Below, piece by piece: positions 54,992 to 63,573 of a stretch of 64,000 nt of DNA. The position numbers and the translations under genes are program-made. This DNA comes from Acidimicrobiales bacterium. GTDB taxonomy: Bacteria > Actinomycetota > Acidimicrobiia > Acidimicrobiales > JACDCH01. Where the stretch lies: NCBI GenBank assembly GCA_036493595.1, contig DASXPN010000008.1, positions 76,041-140,040 of the forward strand. The letters are read 5' to 3'. The notes below the pieces were generated by a model. It ran no database searches and was not told the origin of the DNA. It worked only from the letters and a program-made list of their open reading frames with translations. Position 1 is the stretch's first letter. Every line of letters starts with the position of its first letter.

Positions 54992-56509
54992 CTACGTACC
55001 GAGCCGCTCGAGCAGTTCGGCGGCACTTGCACACTCGTCGATCAAGCTACCCACGTGTGACTTCGTTCCTCGCATCGGTTCCATCATCGGGACCCGTCGC
55101 AGCGGGTCACCACCGATGTCGAACACCAGTGAATCCCAGTTGGCGGCCACAATTGCGTCGCCCCAACGCTGCAGACACTTCCCGCGGAAATACGCGCGCG
55201 TGTCCACCGGCGGCTCGACGGTTGCGAGCTCGACCTCACCGTCCGTCGTGATGCGTTCGAGGCCGACGCGGCCGGCGAGGCCCTTGTCCGCCCGTAGATC
55301 GTGGTACTGGATGTCCATCGCCGCGAGTCGCGCGTCGTCCCACTGGAGGCCATGGCGTTCGCGGTAGCCGTCGATGAGCCGGTACTTCGCCACCCAGTCG
55401 ACTTGGTCGGCGGCCGAGGACGGATCCGTCTCCAGCGCCGCGAGCACCGACTCCCAGCGGCGCACGATCTCGCGCCCGGCTTCGTCACCGCCGACACACT
55501 CGAACCCTTGCACCTCGCCGAACTTCTTCGCTCGGTCGAGCAGCTCCCATTGGACTTCGAGCGCGGTGACGGTCGAGCCGTCGACCAACTCGAGCGGTCG
55601 CTGCAGCGACAGGTCGTACGACACGCGCCGCAGCGTTTGCACCGGCGCGGCGAAGACGAACTCGCGCGGCAGGAAGTCGTCCTCGATCATCGACAACACG
55701 AGTGCAGTGGTGCCGACCTTCAAGAACGTCGACACCTCCGCGAGGTTGGCGTCGCCGACGATCACGTGCAGCCGGCGGTACTTCTGCGCGTCCGCGTGCG
55801 GCTCGTCACGGGTGTTGACGATCGGCCGCTTCAGCGTCGTCTCCAGCCCGACCTCTTCTTCGAAGAAGTCCGCTCGCTGGCTCAACTGGAACGGCACTTC
55901 CTCGGTCGGCACACCGTTCGCCTCCGAACCGACCTTGCCCGCGCCGCAGAACAACTGGCGTGTGATGAAGTGCGGCATGACGTGCGTGACGATGCGACCG
56001 AACGGCACCGTGCGATCCATGAGGTAGTTCTCGTGACAGCCGTAGCTGTTGCCCTTGCGGTCCGAGTTGTTCTTGTAGACGACGATCTCTTGGCCGGGCG
56101 GCAGCGTGCGGTTCGCCGCCGTCATCGATCGGCGCAGGATCGCCTCGGCCGCGAGGTCGAACACGACGACCGTGCGCGCGTCCGCGCACTCGGGTGTCGA
56201 CAACTCGGGGTGGGCGTGGTCGACGTAGTAGCGCGCGCCGTTCGTCAGCACGGCGTTGACGAGGTGCGTCTCGATCTCGGGGGCCATCGTGCCCTCGGGC
56301 GCATAGCCGCGGGCATCGTTACCGGGTGACTCGTCCTCGAAGTCCCACCCGATCTTGGGCGTCGCGCCCGCGGGCGCGGCCCCTCGGGCGAGATCGTTCA
56401 CGTAGGCATTGATGAGAACGCTCGACGCCGCGATCGGGTTCGAGTCAGCGGCACCTCGGATCAGGATCCCGTACTCGGTCTCGATCCCGAGGACCTTCCG
56501 CAACGCCAC
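54992..56509 (-). CDS. dop: depupylase / Pup deamidase Dop
   Basis: 505 aa. VLGIETEYGI, GARYYVDHAHPELSTPEC and [17 protein letters not shown] match the PafA-like fold with an extra insertion. It is located between mpa and pup. Confidence 0.93.
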   Translation of the reverse strand: MALRKVLGIETEYGILIRGAADSNPIAASSVLINAYVNDLARGAAPAGATPKIGWDFEDESPGNDARGYAPEGTMAPEIETHLVNAVLTNGARYYVDHAHPELSTPECADARTVVVFDLAAEAILRRSMTAANRTLPPGQEIVVYKNNSDRKGNSYGCHENYLMDRTVPFGRIVTHVMPHFITRQLFCGAGKVGSEANGVPTEEVPFQLSQRADFFEEEVGLETTLKRPIVNTRDEPHADAQKYRRLHVIVGDANLAEVSTFLKVGTTALVLSMIEDDFLPREFVFAAPVQTLRRVSYDLSLQRPLELVDGSTVTALEVQWELLDRAKKFGEVQGFECVGGDEAGREIVRRWESVLAALETDPSSAADQVDWVAKYRLIDGYRERHGLQWDDARLAAMDIQYHDLRADKGLAGRVGLERITTDGEVELATVEPPVDTRAYFRGKCLQRWGDAIVAANWDSLVFDIGGDPLRRVPMMEPMRGTKSHVGSLIDECASAAELLERLGT

Positions 56510-56548
56510 ACGGCGACGTTATCGGCTAGGCGGCTGAGCGGTCGGGCG

Positions 56549-58324
56549 TTACAGGTACTGGCCGGTGGCGACACGCTCGATGGCGCGGCCGCCACTCGTC
56601 TCGTCGTCGTCCTTCTTGATGAGCGTCCGGACGTAGATGATCCGTTCGCCCTTCTTGCCGGAGATCTTGGCCCAGTCGTCCGGGTTGGTGGTGTTCGGCA
56701 GATCCTCGTGTTCCTTGAACTCCTGCGTGATCGACGCGGTGAGGTCGTCCGTGCAGATGCCCTTCTTGTCGCCCGCGATCTGGCGCTTGATGGCGAGCTT
56801 CTTCGCGCGCCGGACGATGTTCTCGATCATGGCGCCGGACGAGAAGTCCTTGAAGAACATCACTTCCTTGTCACCGTTCTGGTAGGTGACCTCGAGGAAG
56901 CGATTGCGGTCGGTCTCGGCGTACATCTCGTCGACCGTGCGCTCGATCATCGCTTGCACGGCCTTGTCGGCGTCGCCGCCCCCGAGATCGCGCACGGTGT
57001 CGGCATCGAGCGGGAGGTCGGCCGTGAGGTAGCGAGAGAAGATCTGCGTCGCGGCGCGCACGTCGGGGCGCTCGATCTTGATCTTCACGTCGAGGCGGCC
57101 CGGGCGCAGGATGGCGGGATCGATGAGGTCCTCGCGGTTCGACGCGCCGATCACGATCACGTTCTTCAGCGTCTCGACACCGTCGATCTCGGCCAGCAGC
57201 TGCGGCACGATCGTCGACTCCATGTCCGAGCTGATGCCCGAGCCGCGGGTGCGGAACATCGAATCCATCTCGTCGAAGAAGACGATGACCGGCCAACCCT
57301 CCTCCGACTTCTCGCGCGCACGTTGGAAGACGAGGCGGATCTGGCGCTCGGTCTCGCCGACGTACTTGTTGAGGAGCTCCGGGCCCTTGATGTTGAGGAA
57401 GTAGCTGCGGGCCTCCTTGTCGCCCGACACCTCCGCCACTTTCTTGGCCAGCGAGTTCGCGACGGCCTTGGCGATGAGCGTCTTGCCACAGCCCGGCGGC
57501 CCGTACAGCAGGATGCCCTTGGGAGCGGGCAGCCGGTATTCCGAGAACAGCTCCTGGTGGAGGAACGGCAACTCGACCGCGTCCGCGATCTGCTCGATCT
57601 GGCTGTCGAGACCGCCGACGTCGTCGTAGGAGATGTCGGGCACCTCTTCGAGCACGAGCTCTTCCACCTCGGGCCGGGGCAGCCGCTCGAGCAGCAAGCC
57701 CGACCGCGAGTCCATGAGCAACGTGTCGCCGGCGCGGATGCGCTCACCGACGAGCGAGTCGGCCAGCTCGGCCACGCGCTCTTCGTCGGCGCGACCGACG
57801 ATGAGCGCGCGGGTGCCGTCTTCCAGCAGCTCCTTGAGCGTCACCACTTCGCCGGTCAGCTCGCCCGACCGCGCCAACACGACGTTGAGCGATTCGTTGA
57901 GCACGACCTCGGCCCCGCGCGTGAGCTCGTCCTCTTCGAGCTCGGGATGCAGCGCGACCCGCATCTTGCGGCCACCGGAGAACACGTCGACGGTGCCGTC
58001 GTCGTTGCGGCCGAGGAAGGTGCCGTACGCGGACGGAGGACGGGTCAGCTTGTCGACCTCTTCGCGCAGCGCCGCGATGTGCTCGCGCGCTTCGCGCAGC
58101 GTGTAGGTCAGCTTCTCGTTCTGCGAAACCGCCTGCGCGAGTTGCCCCTTCGTCTCGAGCAGACGCTCTTCGAGCGTGCGCACACGCTTCGGCGCGTCTT
58201 GCAGACGACGACGCAGCGAGATGACTTCCTCCTCGAGCGCTTTGGACTGCTCGCGGAGCTGTGCCATCTCGGACTCATAGGCGCCGAGCCGCCGCTCGTA
58301 CTCGGGGTCGTTGACGGGGACCAC
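56549..58324 (-). CDS. mpa: proteasome-associated AAA ATPase Mpa/ARC
   Basis: N-terminal coiled coil, OB domains, Walker A GPPGCGKT, Walker [10 protein letters not shown], and the C-terminal proteasome-docking motif ...GQYL. Confidence 0.95.
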   Translation of the reverse strand: MVPVNDPEYERRLGAYESEMAQLREQSKALEEEVISLRRRLQDAPKRVRTLEERLLETKGQLAQAVSQNEKLTYTLREAREHIAALREEVDKLTRPPSAYGTFLGRNDDGTVDVFSGGRKMRVALHPELEEDELTRGAEVVLNESLNVVLARSGELTGEVVTLKELLEDGTRALIVGRADEERVAELADSLVGERIRAGDTLLMDSRSGLLLERLPRPEVEELVLEEVPDISYDDVGGLDSQIEQIADAVELPFLHQELFSEYRLPAPKGILLYGPPGCGKTLIAKAVANSLAKKVAEVSGDKEARSYFLNIKGPELLNKYVGETERQIRLVFQRAREKSEEGWPVIVFFDEMDSMFRTRGSGISSDMESTIVPQLLAEIDGVETLKNVIVIGASNREDLIDPAILRPGRLDVKIKIERPDVRAATQIFSRYLTADLPLDADTVRDLGGGDADKAVQAMIERTVDEMYAETDRNRFLEVTYQNGDKEVMFFKDFSSGAMIENIVRRAKKLAIKRQIAGDKKGICTDDLTASITQEFKEHEDLPNTTNPDDWAKISGKKGERIIYVRTLIKKDDDETSGGRAIERVATGQYL

Positions 58325-58544
58325 CTCCTACGCATCGAGGTCGATGGGACGATACACCGGCCCTTCCACGAACGGTTGCCTTCTGTTCGACGCTGGTTCC
58401 GTGCCGGGTGTGGCACCTGCCACAGTTCCACCGGCCAGTTCCGGGTTTATTGCCGATGCCGGTTAGAGTGTGCGGAGGTCTGAGCGGTACCTTCGCTCAG
58501 CCGCCGGTCGTTCGCACGCCGCAGTCAGCACGAGAGGAAACCTC

Positions 58545-58793
58545 ATGAAGGTCTGGATCGATCAGGATCTCTGCACCGGTGACGGTCTCTGTGAGGAGAT
58601 CGCTCCCGATGTCTTCACGCTCCTCGACGACGGCCTCGCGTACGTGAAGGACGGCGACAAGATCTTCGCGACCGCCAAGGGCAACGCGCAGGGCGCCGAC
58701 GGCCTCGCCAATGTCCCCGCCGGCCAAGAAGAGGCAGTCATCGAGTCCGCCGAGGAATGCCCCGGCGAATGCATCTTCATCGAAGTCGAGTAA
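58545..58793 (+). CDS. small ferredoxin (single-cluster 3Fe-4S/4Fe-4S type)
   Basis: The ATG at 58545 is preceded by GAGAGGAAA. MKVWIDQDLCTGDGLCEEIAPDVF ... ECPGECIF carries the CxxxxxC...CP cluster ligands. 82 aa. Confidence 0.8.
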   Translation: MKVWIDQDLCTGDGLCEEIAPDVFTLLDDGLAYVKDGDKIFATAKGNAQGADGLANVPAGQEEAVIESAEECPGECIFIEVE

Positions 58794-58988
58794 CCCCCGC
58801 CCTCTGACGCCCCACCCCAACGCGAGCGCACGCGAGCGGGCGACCGACGTGCACGCGCGAGCGAGGGGGGTTGTGGGGGGAACGGCTCCTGCGGTTCCCC
58901 CCACTTGTCGGGTGAGCGGCTTCGCCGGTCGCCCGACGGAAGATTGCGACGCCGAAGGCGTCGGCGTTTGCACTTCGGTTGTTCGCTC

Positions 58989-59013
58989 GGTTCCGAACCT
59001 CCGGTTCGGAACC
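58989..59013. terminator. perfect 10-bp hairpin abutting the marP stop (one of three hairpins in the fdx/marP convergent spacer)
   Basis: GGTTCCGAAC ctccg GTTCGGAACC. The other hairpins are at 58875-58902 (9-bp stem GGGGGGAAC/GTTCCCCCC) and 58947-58963 (CGACGCC gaa GGCGTCG, followed by GCGTTTG). No long U-tract is present, so function as an intrinsic terminator is uncertain. Confidence 0.4.
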
Positions 59014-59019
59014 GAAGGG

Positions 59020-60174
59020 TCAGCCGATGCACGGTCCGGTGCTGACCGCATGGGACAGGTCGCCGGCTAGTACCGCGTCGAGCTCTTGGAGCGTCAGCGC
59101 GTAGCCGACGTGAGGTTGGTCCGGCGCAATCGCGAACGCGACGCCTTCCACTGTCCCGCTGGCGTCCACCAGGGCGCCGCCCGAGTCACCGGGCGCCAGG
59201 TCCGAGCTCAACACGAAGATGCTGCGCGTGGTGTGGTGCTGGTCGTAGATGTCGAAGCCGCGCGCGTCGACCGACTGCGCGACCTCGAACGGGCTGAGGG
59301 TGAGCGGACCGCCGAGCGGGTGACCGAACACGGCGCCGTCGCCACCGACACCGAACGGCCCCTGGCCGAGCGGGAGCGCGGGACGATCGAGGCCCGGTAC
59401 TTGCAGGATCGCGATGTCGCGATCCGAGTCGAACGCCACGACCGTGGCATCGAGCTGGGCGTTGTCCGGATGACGGAGCACGGTGGGGTTGGGGCTACCC
59501 GCGACGACGTGCGCGTTGGTGGCGATGAGATCCGGACCGACGACGGATCCGCTCCCCTCTTGCACCCGCGAGCACGCCGGCGCTTCGACCTTCACCGTCG
59601 ATTGGGCGACCCGGTCCGCGGTCTGCTGGGTGAGTCCGCTGGCCACCGGTGGCGCACCGAGCGCGGGCGCGGGCCCGAACCCCTCGAACACTTGCGGGCC
59701 GAGGGCGCGACGCAGCGCCTGCGTCGTGTCGGGCGCGGCGGGAAGGTGATCGTGGATGAAGCTCGCGATCGCCGAGTTGCGGGCCTGCTGCGCGGGCCAC
59801 TGCGGCGTCTGCGCCAGGATCGGCAGCAGCAACCAGTAGCCGACCATCACGCCGACGACTCCTGCTGCCGCGCCGCCGACGCGGTCGACGTTCTGCGCGT
59901 TGCCGGGCGGGATCACCATCCGCAACTGCGCGCCCAGGACAAGACCGAGGACCTGCCCGATGATGGCGCCGGCGAACACGATGATGAGACCGAGCACGAG
60001 CAGTCGCCGCGCGTCGGTTTCGGAGCTGCTCAGGGACGGCAGCACCTTGATGGCGATGACGATGCCGAGCGCCATACCCACCCACGATGCGGCGCGGGCC
60101 ACGAAGCCGATCCGGTAACCGCCGACCGCCGCGAGGATGGCGAGCAGGAGTACAACGACGTCGAGGGTGTCCAC
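59020..60174 (-). CDS. marP: CvpA-family membrane domain fused to a trypsin-like serine protease (MarP / Rv3671c-like)
   Basis: Four N-terminal TM helices are followed by a chymotrypsin fold: TNAHVV (His), DRDIAIL (Asp), GDSGGAL (Ser). Confidence 0.85.
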   Translation of the reverse strand: MDTLDVVVLLLAILAAVGGYRIGFVARAASWVGMALGIVIAIKVLPSLSSSETDARRLLVLGLIIVFAGAIIGQVLGLVLGAQLRMVIPPGNAQNVDRVGGAAAGVVGVMVGYWLLLPILAQTPQWPAQQARNSAIASFIHDHLPAAPDTTQALRRALGPQVFEGFGPAPALGAPPVASGLTQQTADRVAQSTVKVEAPACSRVQEGSGSVVGPDLIATNAHVVAGSPNPTVLRHPDNAQLDATVVAFDSDRDIAILQVPGLDRPALPLGQGPFGVGGDGAVFGHPLGGPLTLSPFEVAQSVDARGFDIYDQHHTTRSIFVLSSDLAPGDSGGALVDASGTVEGVAFAIAPDQPHVGYALTLQELDAVLAGDLSHAVSTGPCIG

Positions 60175-60190
60175 GCGGCTCCGGTGGTTC

Positions 60191-60970
60191 CTATTCCTGC
60201 GCGGCCAGCAGTCGGGCCGACGTCAAGAACCCGGTGTGGGCCACCATCCGGTGATCGGGTCGAACGGACTGACCCTCGATGTGCCAGGTGCGGTGCAGCA
60301 CCTCGAGGGTCTCTGCGAGGACGAACCGGCTCGTCTCGAACGCGTCCCGTAAGTGCGCGGCCTGCACGATCGTCGGCGTGTACGCGACGAACAAGCCGCC
60401 GGGCCGCAACGCTCGCTCCGCGTGCTTGATGACCTGCCACGGCTCGGGGAGATCGAGCACGACCCGGTCGACGTCGACTTCGTCGATGCCGTCGTAACAG
60501 TTGCGCAACTCGACGCGGTAGCGCGACATGACGTCCTCACCGAGGAATCCACCGACGTTGGCTTCGGCGCGCGCCGCGAAGTCCTCGCGCAACTCGTACC
60601 CGGTCACGTCGGCGCCGGCGCGCACCATCGCCATCGACAACGCGCCTGAACCCACTCCCGACTCGACGACCCGGACACCAGGATGGATGTCGGCCAGCAG
60701 GAGCAGCGGGCCGAGATCCTTCGGGTAGATCACCTGCGCCCCTCGCGGCATCTTCAGCACGAAGTCGTCCAAGCGCGGACGGAACGCCATGAAACGCGAG
60801 CCGCGACTCGAGCGAAACACCGTTCCTTCGGGACGGCCCGCGATCTCGGCGTGCGGGATGAGGCCCGTGTGCGAGTGGAACTCGCCGCCCTCGGTCAACG
60901 TGATCAGGTAGCGACGCTCCTTGTTGTCGACGAGCAGAACCTTCTCGCCGATGCGGAACTCGCCGGCCAT
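60191..60970 (-). CDS. trmI: tRNA (adenine58-N1)-methyltransferase TrmI
   Basis: The ATG at 60968-60970 overlaps the upstream stop by 1 nt. FRIGEKVLLVD ... RGAQVIYPKD ... VVESGVGSGALS (SAM motif) ... DLPEPW matches the Rv2118c/TrmI family. Confidence 0.88.
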   Translation of the reverse strand: MAGEFRIGEKVLLVDNKERRYLITLTEGGEFHSHTGLIPHAEIAGRPEGTVFRSSRGSRFMAFRPRLDDFVLKMPRGAQVIYPKDLGPLLLLADIHPGVRVVESGVGSGALSMAMVRAGADVTGYELREDFAARAEANVGGFLGEDVMSRYRVELRNCYDGIDEVDVDRVVLDLPEPWQVIKHAERALRPGGLFVAYTPTIVQAAHLRDAFETSRFVLAETLEVLHRTWHIEGQSVRPDHRMVAHTGFLTSARLLAAQE

Positions 60971-61902
60971 CAGTGACCGGTCCGCAGCTGCACGGGCTCG
61001 GCGCCGCCGGCTCGTCCGACGAGTTTGCAGAACGCGCACACGCCACCCGTGGTCGGCGCGCCGCACCGTTCGCACGGCGCGAGGTCGTCGTGCTCGGCCA
61101 GTGCGTCCGCCGCGAACCGGAACGACACCCGTTTGAGGAAGCTGAAGTAGAAGTCGTGTTTCGATCCCGGCGACGCGGCTTCGATCTGGTTCAGCGCTTC
61201 CTTGTAACCGATGTGCTTGTTGCCCACCGCCATCGGGCACTCCTCGACGATGTAGTCGATACCGGAGAGCACGCAGTACGCCGCCATCTCCCGCTCACCG
61301 AGACGCACGAGCGGCTTCACCTTGCGGGGGAACCCGTCGCGCTCGGGCAGCACTGGCAATTGCCGGCCGAGGAACTCGGTCTGCCACCGCAAGATGTTTC
61401 CGAACAGTACGGCGGCCTCGTCGTCGAGGTTGTGACCGGTCGCAACGACGTCGTAGCCGTTGTCGCGCGCCGCCTTGTCGAACAGGTGGCGCTTCGACAA
61501 CCCGCATGCCGAGCACGGAACCCGCTTCGTGACCGCGGCCGCGGTCGGCACGTCGTAGTCGTACTCCTCGCGCAGGTCGCACGTGAGCAGTTCGAGCCCG
61601 CGTTCGTCCGCATACGCGTGCGCGTACCGGCTCGACTCGTCGGAGTACTCACCGATGCCGAGCCCGATGACGAAGCCGTCGGCGTCGTAGCCGAGCCGGC
61701 GAAGGATGTCCCAACACGCGAGCGAGTCCTTGCCTCCGCTGACCGCGACCAGCACGCGCTCGCCGGGTTCGATCATCGAGAACTCGTCGATTGCCTTCGC
61801 CACCTGGTCGCGGCACATGCGCAGGAAATGCCCGGCGCAGTAGTTCGCGTTCTGGCGGCGGACGTCGATGACCGCGGGCTCGCGGCAGACGCGACACTTC
61901 AA
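60970..61902 (-). CDS. ttuA: PP-loop ATP pyrophosphatase, TtuA/Ncs6-type tRNA 2-thiolation enzyme-like
   Basis: N-terminal zinc finger C-x2-C ... C-x2-H, PP-loop SGGKDS, Fe-S ligand candidates CSAC plus ECP, and a C-terminal zinc finger C-x2-C ... C-x2-C. The TTG start overlaps the stop of the small carrier gene (TTGA). Confidence 0.7.
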   Translation of the reverse strand: MKCRVCREPAVIDVRRQNANYCAGHFLRMCRDQVAKAIDEFSMIEPGERVLVAVSGGKDSLACWDILRRLGYDADGFVIGLGIGEYSDESSRYAHAYADERGLELLTCDLREEYDYDVPTAAAVTKRVPCSACGLSKRHLFDKAARDNGYDVVATGHNLDDEAAVLFGNILRWQTEFLGRQLPVLPERDGFPRKVKPLVRLGEREMAAYCVLSGIDYIVEECPMAVGNKHIGYKEALNQIEAASPGSKHDFYFSFLKRVSFRFAADALAEHDDLAPCERCGAPTTGGVCAFCKLVGRAGGAEPVQLRTGH

Positions 61903-62099
61903 GTGGAGCCGCCGGAGATGACAGGACGGATCTCGATCGGCTGGTCGCCGGCGAGCATGGCATCGCCGGGGACGAGCGTGTCGCCTTGAATCACGAGTAC
62001 CGACTCGCGATTGAGGTCGAGGCGGTTCAGCAATGCGATCACCGAGATCGGGCCGGCCACGTCGAGCTCGCGGCGCGGGTTGCGCAGGACGACCTTCAC
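61899..62099 (-). CDS. ttuB: ThiS/MoaD-fold ubiquitin-like sulfur carrier, TtuB-like, with a 2-residue extension after Gly-Gly
   Basis: 66 aa. MKVVLRNPRRELDV ... IEIRPVISGG-ST resembles Thermus TtuB (MRVVLR...ISGG) by eye. GTG start. Confidence 0.6.
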   Translation of the reverse strand: MKVVLRNPRRELDVAGPISVIALLNRLDLNRESVLVIQGDTLVPGDAMLAGDQPIEIRPVISGGST

Positions 62100-62109
62100 G
62101 AGCGACAGG

Positions 62110-62322
62110 CTAGGACTCCACTTCGGGGCGGCCGAGATCGGTGATCACGACCGTCTGCCCGGGCTTCAACTCGATCCGTTCGACGACTTCTTTCGACGCG
62201 ACGATCCGCCGGACGAGATGCGCGCCGCCGAACAGGACCCAGATCGACAGCCAGCGCCGGTCGCCCCCGAGGATGCCTCGGCGCATCGCCGTCCGCCGCA
62301 CCCATCCGGTGAGCGCGCCCAT
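62110..62322 (-). CDS. hypothetical small protein
   Basis: 70 aa, basic N-terminal half with one hydrophobic segment (WLSIWVLFGGAHLV). Coding-like codon bias. It ends 10 nt upstream of the ttuB-like gene. Confidence 0.4.
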   Translation of the reverse strand: MGALTGWVRRTAMRRGILGGDRRWLSIWVLFGGAHLVRRIVASKEVVERIELKPGQTVVITDLGRPEVES

Positions 62323-62325
62323 CGG

Positions 62326-62538
62326 TCAGATCCGGCGGATCTCGACGACGGTCGACCGCTTCTTGCCGCGGCGCCGACCGAGCAGGTACGCGACCCCGAC
62401 GATCGCGACGGCAGCGACGGCCCCGACGACGAGCGCGTACGACTTGGCTGACTCCCCGACGTCCTCGATGTCGCCCTGCAGCTGGCGGAGCTTGTGCTCG
62501 ATGTCGTCACGGGTGATCTCGTTCGGCAAAGCGTTCAT
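62326..62538 (-). CDS. hypothetical small tail-anchored membrane protein
   Basis: 70 aa. An N-terminal amphipathic helix (ITRDDIEHKLRQLQGDIEDV) is followed by a TM helix (YALVVGAVAAVAIVGVAYLL). The ATG overlaps the upstream stop (ATGA). Confidence 0.45.
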   Translation of the reverse strand: MNALPNEITRDDIEHKLRQLQGDIEDVGESAKSYALVVGAVAAVAIVGVAYLLGRRRGKKRSTVVEIRRI

Positions 62539-62876
62539 TGCTTACTGCCTTTCGGCTTGGCCCTGATGCGGCTCAGTGCGATGGCGACGATGAAGCCGAG
62601 CAGCACGAGTGCAGCAAGGTATGGCACCCAATTCCAGTGGCCCTCGAGATGGCCTCCGTTGTGCGTCTGCAACGCCCGCAGGCCAGCGAGCGTCAACATC
62701 AGGATGCCCGCGGTGCCGACGATCGCGGCCGCGATACCGAAGGTGATGTACCGACCCAGCCGCCTGATGGGCTGAACGGTCTCCTGTTTGCCATACGAGA
62801 CCAAGAGCTCCCACAGCTCGCTCAAGACCTCGGGTATCGACTTCTGCGCTTCCGGCACCGGTCTCCTCAGGGCCAT
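62535..62876 (-). CDS. two-TM membrane protein, actinobacterial holin-X / phage-holin-superfamily-III-like
   Basis: The ATG at 62874-62876. 113 aa with an N-terminal amphipathic helix and two TM helices separated by a short loop. The family assignment is from pattern only. Confidence 0.4.
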   Translation of the reverse strand: MALRRPVPEAQKSIPEVLSELWELLVSYGKQETVQPIRRLGRYITFGIAAAIVGTAGILMLTLAGLRALQTHNGGHLEGHWNWVPYLAALVLLGFIVAIALSRIRAKPKGSKQ

Positions 62877-62958
62877 GCCTACGGGCTGTCGGGCGACGCA
62901 CTGCCTAGGCGAACATCGAACTGCACGCAAGCGACGCCGAACGTGTCGTGATACCCCG

Positions 62959-63573
62959 TCACTCCATACTCAAACGAGCGCGCAGGTACTGCTCCTCCTC
63001 GGACAGCAACTGACAGAGCCGTTGCAGCCGCTCCTCGGGACCGGCCGCCAGCAACAGCTTCTGCTGGTCTGCAGGGCCGAGCGGCGCGACCGCGCACGCT
63101 TGGTAGGACCCGAGCACCGGGTCGTCGCTGAGCTCGATGGTGGCTTCGGCCGACGGGTCGCCGAGCTCCGCCTTCAACGCGAGTACCCGCCGTAGCTGCG
63201 CGAGCGCACCCTCGTACGCGGGCGCCATGTCCGCGAAGGACGACTCGTCGTCCCAGTCGTCGACGTCAGCCCGCGGGTACGGGTCATCGACGAGCCATTC
63301 GCGAACGCGCAGTCGACGGGCGCCGACAGTGGCGAGCATCCATCGCCCGTCGTCGAGCTCCGTCGCCTCGATGATGCGGGCCACGGTGCCGACGGATGTG
63401 CGAACGTCGTCGCCGCCGACCTCGCTCCCCCGCTCGATCAGCACGACTCCGAACTCCCTGTCGCCGTCGACGCAATGACGGGCCAGCAGGCGATACCGCG
63501 GCTCGAACACGTGCAACGGCAGGAACAGGCTCGGGAACAGCACTGTGCCGAGCGGGAACATCGGCAGCTCCAT
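62959..63573 (-). CDS. LON N-terminal substrate-binding domain protein (no ATPase/protease domains)
   Basis: MELPMFPLGTVLFPSLFLPLHVFEPRYR is the canonical start of the LON substrate-binding (PUA-like) domain. 204 aa. Confidence 0.8.
   Translation of the reverse strand: MELPMFPLGTVLFPSLFLPLHVFEPRYRLLARHCVDGDREFGVVLIERGSEVGGDDVRTSVGTVARIIEATELDDGRWMLATVGARRLRVREWLVDDPYPRADVDDWDDESSFADMAPAYEGALAQLRRVLALKAELGDPSAEATIELSDDPVLGSYQACAVAPLGPADQQKLLLAAGPEERLQRLCQLLSEEEQYLRARLSME

Noticed and set aside
56708-58483. 591-aa plus-strand ORF that mirrors mpa
   Set aside because: It is exactly antisense to the Mpa/ARC ATPase gene. The sequence is low-complexity, rich in Leu/Arg/Asp/Val, and has no start-site support.
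62535-62876. Holin-like gene as evidence of a prophage or lysis cassette
   Set aside because: No endolysin, terminase, capsid, tail or integrase genes are nearby. The flanking genes are housekeeping. Small holin-X-like proteins are common chromosomal genes in actinobacteria.
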